From positions 12,896,001 through 12,960,000 of the forward strand of contig NC_134476.1 of NCBI RefSeq assembly GCF_964194025.1: DNA of 64,000 nt. Reading direction: 5' to 3'. The notes beneath the pieces were generated by a model. The model worked only from the letters and a program-made list of their open reading frames with translations, was not told the origin of the DNA and did not search any database. The first letter of the stretch is position 1. Each line of letters opens with the position of its first letter. Shown here one piece after another: positions 49,290 through 61,884 of the stretch. The translations under genes were made by a program, and so were the position numbers. This stretch comes from Convolutriloba macropyga (Eukaryota).

Positions 49290-50250
49290 TTCTCTAAATT
49301 GCAGAAGGACCACTGCAGTTAGGAATCAAGAATAATTTCTATCAACGAGAGAAAAAAAACGTTTTTCAAGAAAGCACATCGGAATGTTTTTTCTTTTTCA
49401 AAAAATACATCTGGGGTGCCTCAAGGAAGTGTTTTGGAACCCTTGCATTTCATTATTTTTCTAAACGGTATGCATCAAGCTATTAATCATAGCATATTCT
49501 GTATTTATAGCGATAATTTCAAAATGTTAGCGACGGAAAATCTCTCAAAAGCAAAGTGATATTGATAATTTGTTACTCTGGGCCCAAAATACTGAGCTCG
49601 AATTTCACACCGGAGTGTAAAGATGTGTTTTTTAACGACACTGAACCCATTGATTTGTTCTTGAACGGTTCCCTCTTGGACAGCACTACAAACATTTGCG
49701 ATTTGGGCGTTGAAGTCTGCTCAAATCTTTCTTGGGACCGTCATATCAGTCTTAACTACCAAAATCGAATAGCGGTTTAATTTTTTTTGAAGCAAAATGT
49801 ACCAGCTAGCGTCTCTTTTCATCGTGTCAAGCTCTTTCATATCTTTTTAATCCTATAAGTTCTCCTCTACGCTTTGTCCTCATGGTGTCCCTCAATAAGT
49901 TCCATGCGATGACTGGATAAATTTTAACAGAGAGCTGCTCGCTGTATTCTAATCACGTTGAGTAAATTCTATGTTGAATCTTTAAAGTTGCTGGAAATGT
50001 TGCCAATTGCATACAACAGTATACGTACTGACCTTATTTAACTATTCAAAAAACTGAATTCTCTCTAATATGTGGTTTTAAAATAGTTTGGTTATAGTTT
50101 AACTTGTTGAAAGGATTTTGGAATTATTTGTAACCAAAAAACAAGTAAATTAAATCTGACGAGAAAATTCTAGTCAGATTACAATTAGCTACAAATTAAC
50201 CGATCGAAATTCGTTCGAAATTGAATCAAACTGCTTCCTAAAACGAGAAA
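49290..50250 (+). mobile_element. Degenerate LINE 3' fragment (RT C-terminal half)
   Basis: SGVPQGSVLEPLHFIIFLN...IYSDNFK at ~49410-49525; DLGVEVCSNLSWDRHI at ~49700-49745. Ends approximate. Confidence 0.8.
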
Positions 50251-50576
50251 AAACTTTGAATTGACGTAACTTATTAAAATTTAAGGTTAACTCTACTTAA
50301 CGCCACACTTCAAGAAATCAAGACGCTGACTGTTTTACTTAAAATAGAGTGACAATCAAAAGATAATAATGAAAGAAAGCAGAACCCAGCGTAAAAGCAG
50401 CGAGCAAAAAATTGAGAACGAGAAGCAGCAGAGAATAGTTAAGGTATTCTAGTGGAAGTATAAGCCGGTTGTGTGACTCCTCGGTATAGGGTCCCTCATT
50501 GAGAACAAAACAATTAAAGCCTCATAGTCTGGTTTGTTTTTTCACTGTCAAATTATAATTGGGAACAATTGTTGTA

Positions 50577-51290
50577 TAGTAGCCACCCGTGCAAAATAGT
50601 CTATGTCTTTGGCTAATTGAGCGTGGTACTTATTTAAAATGCAAAATTAGAAGTTAAGTAGATCAATATAAAGAAAGGTTGGTTTAAATAAAATAGGATA
50701 TAATAGAGTGGTTAGCAATGACGGTAGGTTTAATGTTCAATGAGTGAATTTCATCCTCGCTTTGGTTGGTACCCAATATCAGTTCTATCATTGTGGTAAA
50801 TTAACCAAGTCAACAAAGATATGTCAGTTTTGTTGATTTGGCTCGAAGCCCGGAAACCAGAACTGAAAAGGCTAGAAATGATTTCTTTTTCCGTACATGC
50901 AGACTAGCAAATCGAATAAAAAATACATTGAGATTAATACGAAAAAAGGCCTTAAAAATCGAGTTTTAAATTTCATGTGGAAGTTTGTAAACGAGCGATT
51001 CGACGAAAATAACATCTGTAGCTGGCATCTATGCTGTGACTGTCAGATCTGCAGAAATAATAAGGCAATTTTCTAAGACGACGACTGGGACGAAAATCCC
51101 CTCAGTGAAAACTGTAAATCCCCAACAACAACAACAACAACAACAACAACAACTTTGTCTAATCAAAGGTCTAATTTCTTTTCTGACACCTATCGTTGTT
51201 TTGTCAGCCATAAATCAGGTAATAAATCAAAATTCAAACAAATCTTTAACCTTGAAACCCAAGGTTTTTTAGTACATCTTGACACTCACA
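50577..51290 (-). repeat. 3' LTR of Gypsy B (about 300 bp longer than the 5' LTR; contains (CAA)n at 51123-51152)
   Basis: Aligns to 59437-59878 on both sides of 50853-51152. Confidence 0.9.
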
Positions 51291-51455
51291 CTACCCCCTC
51301 TTCACAAGAATAGAGTGCACCACTAACAAAAAATCAAACTATATTTTTATTCACAGATCTTTTTATATGTATGTCTTACTACACAAAATTTATGTGGTTT
51401 CAAATGGACAGTTTAATTATCAGTTTTCGTTGTTGATTAGTTCAAATATGTGCTC

Positions 51456-52260
51456 TTATCGCGCCGCATCATTTTTCAGAATTTGATATGCCCGGTTGAT
51501 GGTCTTGAAGAACTCTTTGTCTCCACCAACATCAGAGTGCATCAACAGGCACAATTTGTGGTAGTGTTTCTCGATCTTATTTTTTGAAGCTGAACTTTTT
51601 ACCAACAAAATCTCATGTAGGGTTGCCGGCCGGTTCATATTGTTTTTGTTTCCAATCTCGCAGAAACCTTTCTCCGTGGTCTTTGTTTCCGTTTCTAATT
51701 GTAATACGTTGTAGATCAAAGACAGAATCTTTTTTTGGCATTCGTTGGTCAAATACTCGTTGTAGTACTCCAACTGCTCAAGCTCTGACTTCAATGGGCC
51801 ATTCAATTTCACCATTTTTCCGAAGCTTTTTTAAAAGCAGCTTTGACTTTCAAATCGCCCAACTCTTGCATCAATACTTCAATGGATTGCTGCTGATCAG
51901 CATTTCTGGCGGCTGCTGCCTTTAAATTATCTCGTAACGCCTCACACCCGGCGCTCCAATTGCCCTGAACTTCTTTTCTTGCCTCTTTGTTCTTGTTGCA
52001 ATGGTTATCCGGTTCCTGTCAAAGCTCGACGAGGTCTTTTTGAAGTAAAGAGACAGTATTCTTCATCTTCTCTAACTGCGAACACTGCTTCTGCAGTTCC
52101 ACATCACTCTGCAGAGCACGCGGCCGAATATTGGCGGGTGCCAGAAGATCTAACTTAGATATTTTTCGAGTCTGCGACTCACAAAATGCCACTCGGTACA
52201 CTCCCGTGGAAATCTCGGAAACAATTTCCCACAATTCTTGCTAGTAGTACACATATTCAC
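51456..52260 (-). pseudogene. Accessory ORF of Gypsy B: coiled-coil + C-terminal J-domain (DnaJ), frameshifted
   Basis: TLHEILLVKSSASKNKIEKHYHKLCLLMHSDVGGDKEFFKTINRAYQILKNDAAR fits J-domain helices I-IV with HPD changed to HSD; upstream frames are heptad-rich. Confidence 0.8.
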
Positions 52261-52335
52261 TAATCTGTGGAATCTCTTTGCTCGATAAATTGAAAAAAAA
52301 AACTTTTTTCTTCTAAAATTTATCAACATTTTCAA

Positions 52336-52665
52336 TCTTGAACTCAAGACCTTTGCTTTTTTTCCTTCTTTTTTTGGTCTCGAACTGAAGACGTTCTCAT
52401 TTTTTGTTTTTGAACTCAAAACAAATTTTTTTTTGGTTTTTTCTGGTCTCGAATTCGAGGCGTTTGTTTTCTTCCTTTTATTGGTCATGAACTCCAGACA
52501 CTTTTTTTGTTGTTGAACGCGAGACGTTCCCTCCTTTTTTGGTCTTTATCTCAACACAATTTCTTTTCTCTCTTTCTTTCATTCTTTCTCTCTTTCTTTT
52601 CTTTCTTTTTTTGGTCTGGAACTCGAGACGTTTCCTGTCTTCGTTTTAATCTTGAACAGAAGACA
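52336..52665. repeat. Array of about 9 degenerate palindromic units (consensus GTCTCGAACTCGAGAC) with T-rich spacers
   Basis: Units near 52336, 52377, 52407, 52446, 52484, 52510, 52542, 52614 and 52649. Confidence 0.75.
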
Positions 52666-55099
52666 ATTTTTTTTTAAAAAAACTGACTCTTTAAAAGACT
52701 CTTTTTATTAAATCCTTTTCTTTTGATCTCGCCGTTAATTTATAAATCTGAGTAATTGATTTTAAATTCGTGCTCCCGTTACGGGGTTGAGATTCTGCAA
52801 AAGTTGTTGCCAGGACATTCAATTAATAATTAATCCCAAAAAATGAACATTTTAGGAAAATTTTTCACGATTTGAAAAATGAGGTAAACTGTTAAGACTG
52901 ACACAGCAATGTCTTTTGCTTTTAACCAAATGTATAAGCTTTTGGTTTTTAAAATCCGAAAAATTGTTGTTTCATTTAGTAGAAAATTTTTTTGTTTGAA
53001 CTGGTCGTTCCAATGAATAGAATTTTTTATGACTGTTTTTTCCTCCCGAATATTGGAACGCTTCCCGACTTACGTTTTCTACTATTATGGCGAACTTTAC
53101 GAGCAGTTTGACTCTGTTTTAAGTCTAATGTGGAGAAAAGGCTGCGATGCAGGCTTCCATCTCTTATATTTAGCTTACTAATCATCGACTACTGATATAT
53201 CTCACGATTGAATTTCTTCAGCGTTTCTCCATATTGATCATAACTGCCGTCTTCTAAATTGACAATAGTTGGATACAGTGGTTTGCATGCAGCGATTATA
53301 AAATTATGATACAAAATTTTTGTAATAGGGTCCATATATCTAATAAAAGTAAAGTTCTGACCCTCTAATAACACAAGAACTTCTTCTGTGTAAAAAGGAA
53401 TTTTAGTTTTTATTGCTTCCATTTTGGAACATTTAAGAACAAATAAAAAAGATCATGTTTTTTCAACGTGAGAGCATTACTGATGGACTAACAATGTTTT
53501 TTGATATTTCAATCATTGTTTGAATTTTCAGTCCGTGAATTTTGCATTGGAGCTTTCTGATTTTCATATAAAAACGTCCCTCGCTTTGAGAAGTTCGAAA
53601 CTAAAGGTGTCAATAACGCTTGAAAGAAATATATCCGCGGTTATTTTAAGATTACCAGTTTTCGGTTCTATATTTTCCTCGGAGTAAAAAAGAACTGGGA
53701 ATCCGGTTTTTTCACCAGATTTCCACACAAGCTTTTTGCTTATTCCTCTAAGATTTCTAAAGCAAAATAATCATATCTGAGTTTGTGTAAAATTTTTCTG
53801 CTGATAAAAGTGGTCTCGTTGTGATCAATATTTTTGCAGGGACCTCTTCATTAAAGTTTTTTTTAAAGTTTGACATGTTTGCTCACCTTTTCAAGAAAAA
53901 TAGTTAATTAGTCGTCTTCCAAAACTGTGGTTTTGATGAAAAAGATTTTGAGAAACCTAAGGGATACTTAAAATTTAATAGGTTTCTTTGTAGCAGCTTT
54001 CCCCAAATTTTTTCGATGTAAATTTTTGCATTAGTTACCACATTCCACATAAGTTTTCCACTGTAGGTGAAACCCACTCTACAGGCTCCATATACATAGC
54101 GCGATCGCGCCCATTTGTTGCCATGAAGCTTTAACTATGCTCTTTGACTTAAGTTGTTTCGCTGTCCTGTCATTACATCTCTTCAGTTACCAAACTGTTG
54201 ACTTTAAAGGTCCTTTCTCCAAAAACTGGTACGGCAAAACTTTTGTTCTGCCAAACGCTCCTACAAGTTTCCTCATTTACGGGGTATACTGATTTAGGTA
54301 ATCTTGAATTTTCTGTGAGAAAAACGACATCGTCATATACATTTCTTTTTTTAATTTTAGTTCTATCTATGGTTGAACTTCAGCATATATCAAACTACCT
54401 TTTCTATTGTTTTCGATACTAGAATGGTGTTTTCACAGTTTGTACTGTGATCTAGAGAATAGATCTTTGTTGATACGATATTGTCAAAATAATAGCTGTA
54501 TAGCTTGATACAAGGTGATGGAGAACCAAAATGGCTATCAATGATGCAATCATAGGGATACTCCATCAAACGATGCAACGGATGAACTCGTCTTTCTTTT
54601 TGATTCCATTATTTCTTTCTGAATTTTTCTGATACAAAAATATCATCATTTTCGTGACTGCAAAATTACTCACCATCTTGCTCAGTAAGATAATTCTGTA
54701 ATTTCTCAGGCACCGATTTTAATCGGCTCCTATACCTTGTTGCCATTTTTGGTGCCTTTGGATCACTTTTAATCTTTTCTTCAGTACTTTTCGTTTTAGT
54801 AGTAGATCCTTTTTTGGTATTGGAATTTTAGTTTCTGCTGCTTTTTTTCTTTGTAGGTTTTAAGAAAATGCACCTCCTCCCTCGGTATTTTGTTTAGCTT
54901 CTCTTGCTCTTTAGAGGTTTCTTGCTCTGATTCGTTAGAGTCATTCTGAGACTTTTCATTTGTAAAAATTAGTGAATCTTTAGAATACCTACCTTCAGAT
55001 TGATTTTTTGTGTTTAGATTACCTTCACTGTCTGCGGTTGATTCTATTCCGAGTATATCATCATCATCTGAGCTGTTCAAATTGATATTTTTCCGCTCC

Positions 55100-58000
55100 T
55101 CAACTATTGTTTTTCGTTTTGCCTGAGGCTCAGGCGTGAATGGTTTTTCTCATGTTTTTCATTTTTTCAGTTGGTCAAAATGGACGTTAATTATTTTCCT
55201 CATCTTTTTATCTTCTACCTTGAAATTCTACTCGTTTATAATTTCAACTATTTTGTATGGTCCTCTACTGAAAGAAGTAACTTTTCTTGTCTCGACTTTT
55301 TTGACCCTTTGGTAATAAACTAACAATTCTTCTCCAACTTCATAGCTCAGTCCATACCTACTGCAATCATACTAGGTCTTCTGGCGTTCTTGTTTGACGT
55401 CCATAAATGCTGGCATCAAATGATGCGTTTTCTGTAGTTTCTGTCTGAATTTGAAAACACAGTCACTTGGTGTTGTTATATTGCTGTCTGTAGTGTGCTA
55501 TAGATGCAGTCTTTAGGTAGCAACAGTGGAAAACCCAGGATTACATATGCTGGGCTGTAGTTTGTTACACTCTTGATTGATGATCGATAGGCCATTATTG
55601 GTAAAGGTTGAAATTTGGTGCACTCATGTTGATATTGGCCTATGTATTTGGGGAGACAATATTCTATTGTTCGATATGTTCTTTCAATCATCGCGTTCCC
55701 TTGTGGTTGGTAGGAAGTTGTTGTTTGTCTCTAAAATCTTAATTCAAAGCAAAGGCACAGGTCACAGCTTTATATTCAGTTTCTTACGTCCCCTCTCATG
55801 CGCTGCCGATTAAACCTTTCACAGGCCCTTTGCCATGTTTTCTCAATCCCAAAGTGAATTGCGCTAGGAGAGTCATGCAACAGCTCAAGCACATTGGACA
55901 CTCTCTCCCATGGTACAAGCATTTGGTAAACAGTCTCAAAGTTGTGTTCTGTTTGAGTTTTCCGATACAAAATCCCTTCTATGAGACAAAAATTTGTATA
56001 CTGAATACAGTATTTCCATGAATGATCAATTTGATGCTCAATTTTTTGTTTGCGGTGTTTCCGGCATTTTTTAAGCACCCAGGAGTATATTTCTTTGAGT
56101 AACCTGTCATTTTGTTGCAAATCTTGCAGTTTTACTCTCTGCAGTTTGTCTAACTGCCAACCTCATTTACCATAGTCGTATTGTCTTGCCCTGCGTCCAT
56201 GGAAATAGCGTTAACAAAAGCTGTTTGTTCATCATCTTCTGTGTCTATGCGCAGCAGACAGTCGACATGTGGGATTTTTTTGCCTCCTCTATGCTTGATG
56301 TCAAAGTTAAATTGACTAACCTCTTCAATTCATCTTGCAAGCATACAGTCTAACTCTTCAAAAATATAGATCTAGACAAGAGCCCGATGGTCAGTTACAA
56401 TTGAAAAACGCTGACCAAGTAAAAAGTTTTTAAAATGTCGCGGAAAATGAACGATTGCAAATAATTTCCGCATAGTTGCTGAATAATATTGCTGAATTTT
56501 ACTCGGTGCTTTGCTAGCATATGCAACAACTCTATCCTCCGTTCCCTGTCGTTGGTTAAGAATTGCTCCAATTCGTGTCAAAGAAGCATCCGTAGTTAAT
56601 GTATTCGGACCCCTATCATGTGGATATCCTAAAACTGGGGCTTCCAAAAGCTTCTTTTTAAACTTCGTTACCGCACTTTTGCACTCTGTACTCCATTCAA
56701 AATTTCTTGACCTATTCATTAAACTGTACTGAGATTCTGCTCTTTTTCCGGAATCTGGAACAAATTTTAGATAATAGCTACAAGGCCTAAAAACGCCCTG
56801 ACGTCTTTCAGGGAGGATGCTTCTTTCATTCTTTCCACCGCTCTTACTTTCTCTAGTTCGACCTCTACTCCACTTCCGGATATAATGTACCCCAAGAAAC
56901 TGACACGCTTTTGAAAAAAATTGCATTTTAATCCCTTAATATTTAATCCATTCTCCTCTAAACGACGGAGAAGCAGTTCTAATCGTTTCAGATGTTCGTC
57001 CAAACCATAACGTCATCTAGATACACCAGAGCCATCTAAATACACCCGAGCAAAAGCCGTCATCAAAAATTAACTCCATTAGGTTTTGAAAATCTCCCGG
57101 TGCAAACGCTATTCCCTTAGGAAGTCTCTTTCATTTATAGGGTCCCAGAGGCGTTATAAAAGCTGTTAAATTCTGACAATCTTCCTCGAGCGCCATCTGA
57201 AAGTATCTCGGTAAGATATCTATCTGCGGGAAGTAGATGTTTCACTCCAGTGAATCAATAACCTCATTAGATCGTGGCAAAGGCAGCATGTTTTCTATAT
57301 TTTTTGTTCAGACAAAGATAGTCTACAACCAAGCGATAGGTTCCATCCTTTTTTGGTACAAGTAATGATGGTGCTGCCCAATCGGAATGTTTGTTTCTGC
57401 TTGTTGTGTTTTGTTACCTTCCTTATCAACAATTTTGCTTTTAATGAAATCTTCGCAGTGACGAACTAAATCGTGAACCTCTGCACCAATTAAAAACTGA
57501 TTCTTATAACTTCGTTGTGATAGGGACAATTGCAATATTTTCCCAACTTTTCCGCAAAGGAATTCGTTTTTCTGAGGTATAACATGTCAAAACTATATAA
57601 GAAATCCCTGACCAAAAAACAAGGCGTTATCTCAATTTTGGTCAATAGAAACTCAACTGTTATCTCAGTTGTAAATTTTTGAAGTTGGACTTGATTAGCT
57701 GTTGACCTCTTCACAGGCATTTTTTTAATGCTGGCAACTTTTATTCTTTTCCATACTCTCATCTGGCTCGGTTCTCCCAATTGCTGGTAGAATGTGTCGC
57801 TTGAAAGATTAACACTACATCCTCTATCAAAGAGGGCCATTACCAATTTAGCTTGTATCATTATTTTCGCAAACAAAGCCTCAACTGGGCTGTTTCCACC
57901 ACGCAAAATTTTTGCGTAGCTAGCTGAAAAAGAAACCCTGCCATCTTCAGCTAGTTCCCATTTGAATAAGGGCAATTTTGTATGGAAAAGTTTGGATTCC

Positions 58001-58958
58001 CGCATTCAAAACAATTCTTGCATTCCTAAGATGCATGATTTTGCTGACCGAAACAGCGACATTATTCGCTCTCAAAACTCGCCGCTGTCTTTGACTAATT
58101 AGCACTACTCTCGTGCGACTGATCTCGGCTTCTGTTCTCGCCTCTTGGTGTTCGCATTCTACTGTAAAAATTGGTTCGTCTATTATCAGCTTTGCTTCTG
58201 TCATAGCTATTATAGTTTCTATTTCTATCTCGTGTTTCTCTTGAAATTCTCTCACTTCGGCGCAGAAACTCTTTTGGCCTCGCCCCTTGCGATGAAAACT
58301 TTTGATTATCTTGCCTGTTAGATTGGTTAATCTGCAATGTTTGCACTAAATCATTAATCGATTTAACTACTTTAGTTTTTCCTCCTCCGCGGCTCGTTAC
58401 CCTTCTCCTCAATTCTCGTGAACGCTCCAATATGTAGTGGTCTTTCTAAAGCTTTATCTAAAATCATATTTGCGTCACCCAATTTTTTTCTCAGGTTGAG
58501 CCGCACCTGACTGCTTTCCATGCCTTCGAGGGATCCCCTCAAAATGAAATGTTCTTTTTTTCATTAGACTCTTGAGGGTAAGCTTTCAAGGATTAAGTTT
58601 TCAAATTACCGAGAAAATCTGTTAAATTTTCACGCGGCTGCTGGACTCTTCTAGCTAGCCTTCCGCGAAAAATTACAAGTTTCTCATTATAATGTTGTCT
58701 GAAAGCTTTTACGGTCTCCTCATGGCTCTTCCTAGTGCCCTCCAAAAGTGTTTGATAGAAAACAATAGTAGACTTTTGTAGCCTTAACACAAAATAAAGC
58801 GGCCGTTCATCCTTTTTGGTTTCGTCGCCGTCTACGGTTTCTTTTATTTGCCCTTTCTGAAGTTGTGGCAAGAACTCAAAGTGTGTAACATAAGTTTGGA
58901 AATCATTTCTATCCTTAAAAGGCTCCGGTAACCGCGTTTTTGAGGATTGCGGCGCCAT
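55100..58958 (-). pseudogene. Gypsy B gag-pol (Gag with CCHC knuckles, PR, RT, RNase H, IN), disrupted
   Basis: ORF fragments from 58593-58958 down to 55476-55691 in Gypsy domain order. Confidence 0.93.
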
Positions 58959-59436
58959 CAGTGTTTTAATTATAAGCTGCTGTTATTCCAATTCTTTCTA
59001 TAAATATGTTTGAAAACCGAACTACTCTTTGACACTCTAACTCAGCAGGCCTTGAAATTTTTTGACACTGTATTTTTTTTGAAAAAACTCAAAAAATGCG
59101 AGGTTCAGTTGTGTATTTTTAGTCAAATTATATCGAATTGAAGTACGTCTGATTTTAGACGCTATATTATTATCGAAAAAAGATGTGCGGACCGATTTAC
59201 ACCATTCAAAGTTTTAGGGGATAATCACTTGAAAGTTCAAAGTTTGCAATTTTTCTTGTCGAATCCGGACACCAGTTCAGATTTCTTCTTTCGGGGCGTG
59301 ATGTTAAGACGTCAGACTCGTGTCGAAAGTTGATTTTCAAACAGAAAAAAGATTATAGATTTCTTTAGAAATCAATACAATGCTTAATTTTATTGATTGA
59401 GTGTTTTCTATTTATCTTTAATATCTGTCGCCACTA

Positions 59437-59878
59437 TGGTAGCAGGCGTTTTGCAATATCTATGTCTTCGGCTAGGTATTTTGAGCGTGGTACTTGTTTA
59501 GAAGGCAAAGTCAGAAGTTAAATTTTTAAGTAGATCAATGTGAAGAAATGTTGGCTTAAACGAATTAAGATATAATCGAGTGGTTAGCTCTGATGATTGC
59601 TTTGATGATCAATGAACGAATCTAATCCTCGCATTGTTCGATACCCAATATCAAATCTATCATCGTGGTAAATTAACCAAGTCAACAAAGATATGTCATT
59701 TTTGTTGATTTGGCGCGAAGCCCGAGTTTTGTCTTATCAAAATTTTATTTTTTTTCTGACACCTATCAACCTTTTGTCTGCCATCAATCAAATAAAAAAC
59801 CATGTTTTAAACTAATCACTAAACCCTGAAAACCGATATTTTTTATTACATCTTTTTTTCATACGTGTGACACTCAAA
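59437..59878 (-). repeat. 5' LTR of Gypsy B
   Basis: Shared blocks such as TTGAGCGTGGTACTT and GTGGTAAATTAACCAAGTCAACAAAGATATGTCA; adjacent to the PBS. Confidence 0.9.
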
Positions 59879-60039
59879 GTTGTACTTGAAAAAAATATAT
59901 CAACTCGAATGAGAAAACATATTTTTGTGTTTCGTGCAACACTAAAACGCGCTCAACGCAAGAATGTAGTGCCACATCCAAAATTGATTGCAAAATGACC
60001 GATCATAAATTGCTCAAAATTGAATCAAACTGCTTCCTA

Positions 60040-61500
60040 CATCAACTGTACGTTTTATCAACTGCTCTGAATGTCAGAAAGTAATGCCATGGCAAAAATA
60101 GCACAAAAGGAATAAAGGAATTAGTCGACAGGTGAAAATTTTGTCCCTACGAATAAAAAATTAACAATATACACGAAACGTTTTGAATGGAATAAAAAAT
60201 ATTGAATTCCTTAAATTGCGAAAATATGATCGAAACATGCAAAAAACATGCGCACTATAAGTTGCATTACCCCGTGAACATGTTAGCAGACTGCCAACTG
60301 CAGAAATCATGATTCGAGAGACTATCTCACCATAGGCAGTATGCAATAAAAGTAGTTCTGGTTATGAGGAGGCGAGTGCTCCTAGGCGAAGAAGAACCAC
60401 GAAAAACTTTTCAAACCAAAAAAATTGCCCTATAAAAAAGTGGTGTTTAAATAAACATTGTTGTACAGACTCCCTTCCAACTGACCAGGAGCTAATTGAG
60501 TTGTTTTTATCAACAAAAAACAATGCATCACCAGCAGCTGCTATCATGATAACAAACTCAACCTAAAATCTCATCAAAAAATAAATACTCTAAAAGTATG
60601 ATTGAGGCAATCAACTACGTACTGTGGGAGGTTCAATGTTCAATGTTCAAAAAATTGCCACTAAACCAATTAAATTGGGTAAAAAATGTGTATCAGGAAA
60701 ATCTCTTGAATTCAAGGGTTAATTTTCAGGCATTTCATGAATACAAAAACCTTGCAGCTTACAAAAGTTGATGAGAGATAAAGGTAAACACAGCACAAGT
60801 GTCAATGGAAAACTTGGCCAGCTGAACGCGATTCTTCAAGCATTATTCTCTCCAGAGCAGATGCTCTGTACGGACAACAATATCGTAGAGTACAAGAAGT
60901 TGACAAATTTCCACATCTCAAAGCAAAGGCTGTTAAGTTTTATATCCAACCTAGATATCACTAAGTTGAGAGAAAATCTGTTAAGCATCAATATTCGCCC
61001 ACAAAACGTCTCAAAAAGTTAGCAGTACGTTACATCAATTACTATAATTGTCAGAACGTACTGCCACGGCAAAAAAAAGCCTTAAGCTGAATAAAGAAAT
61101 GAGGTGTAAGATAAAAATTTTGTCCGTTCGAATGAAAAAATAGTAATTTACCGGAAATTATTGAGGTGAAAGAAAAATATTGAATTAAAAAAAATTGGGA
61201 AACATCAAAATATGCAAAAAACACGCACACTGTTACTTCCAATGGCCGCTGGACATGAAAGCAGGCTTCCATTTGCAAAAAATCTTGATTTGAGATTATC
61301 TCACTGTAAGTCAAAAAACAGAATGTAAAAAAAGGAATTTCTGGTTCAGAGGAAGAAGCAACTGCTCCTAAGTAAAGAAGAACCAAGAAAACTAAAAATT
61401 AAAACCACAAAGCTGACCATCCGTAATAATGGAGTTTAAACAAACGTTGAGTCACAAAATTCGTTCCATCTGACCAGCATATTGAAGTATCATACAGATA
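60040..61500 (-). repeat. Two diverged tandem copies (~980-bp period), possibly membrane-protein gene relics
   Basis: 60073-60490 aligns with 61050-61478; hydrophobic translations VVLLRLGALASS*PEL and LVLLYLGAVASSSEPEI. Confidence 0.55.
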
Positions 61501-61884
61501 ACCAGAAGGTTTGCTACGATTAAAAGAAAATGAAATGCGCAAATATCGTTCTCAACAGAAGAAATTATATTTATTCTGGTGATATGCACTGTGCATAACT
61601 TTGTGCATTCTAAAAAAGTAACAAAACACCGGAAAGGGACCTGCTCTGGGCAGTAGTCCGATAAAAGCTAGAGGCCCAACAATAGACACAGATATTGCTA
61701 GTATAAAACGAATAAAGAACGAAATCTGAACTCATACTAGAACCAGGTATCGAAGAATTTCTTTTTTGTTAACGAAACCTTGAGATGATATTTGGAACGT
61801 TTTAATTATATATCGTCTGCACAAACATGATCAACAATAAAACCATTAGTAATCATGTAATTCAACAGAGCGCATCCTCTCCTG

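Larger units (their letters stand above)
50577..59878 (-). mobile_element. Ty3/Gypsy LTR retrotransposon B (9.3 kb) with a long 3' accessory region, degenerate
   Basis: LTRs 59437-59878 (5') and 50577-51290 (3'); flanking duplication GTTGTA (50571-50576, 59879-59884); PBS TGGCGACAGA at 59433-59424; PPT GAAGAGGGGGTAG at 51303-51291. Gag from 58958, protease ALFDRGCSVN, RT YLDD ~57020, RNase H TDAS/TDHRAL, integrase with GPYKIV ~55260. Confidence 0.95.

Noticed and set aside
52336-52665. CRISPR-like look of palindromic repeats with spacers
   Set aside because: Eukaryotic context, degenerate repeats, low-complexity spacers of irregular length and no cas genes.
54940-55000. RYSKDSLIF resembling LINE ORF1 KYSSKDCLIF
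   Set aside because: Short match in a low-complexity context with none of the following ORF1 motifs; treated as chance.
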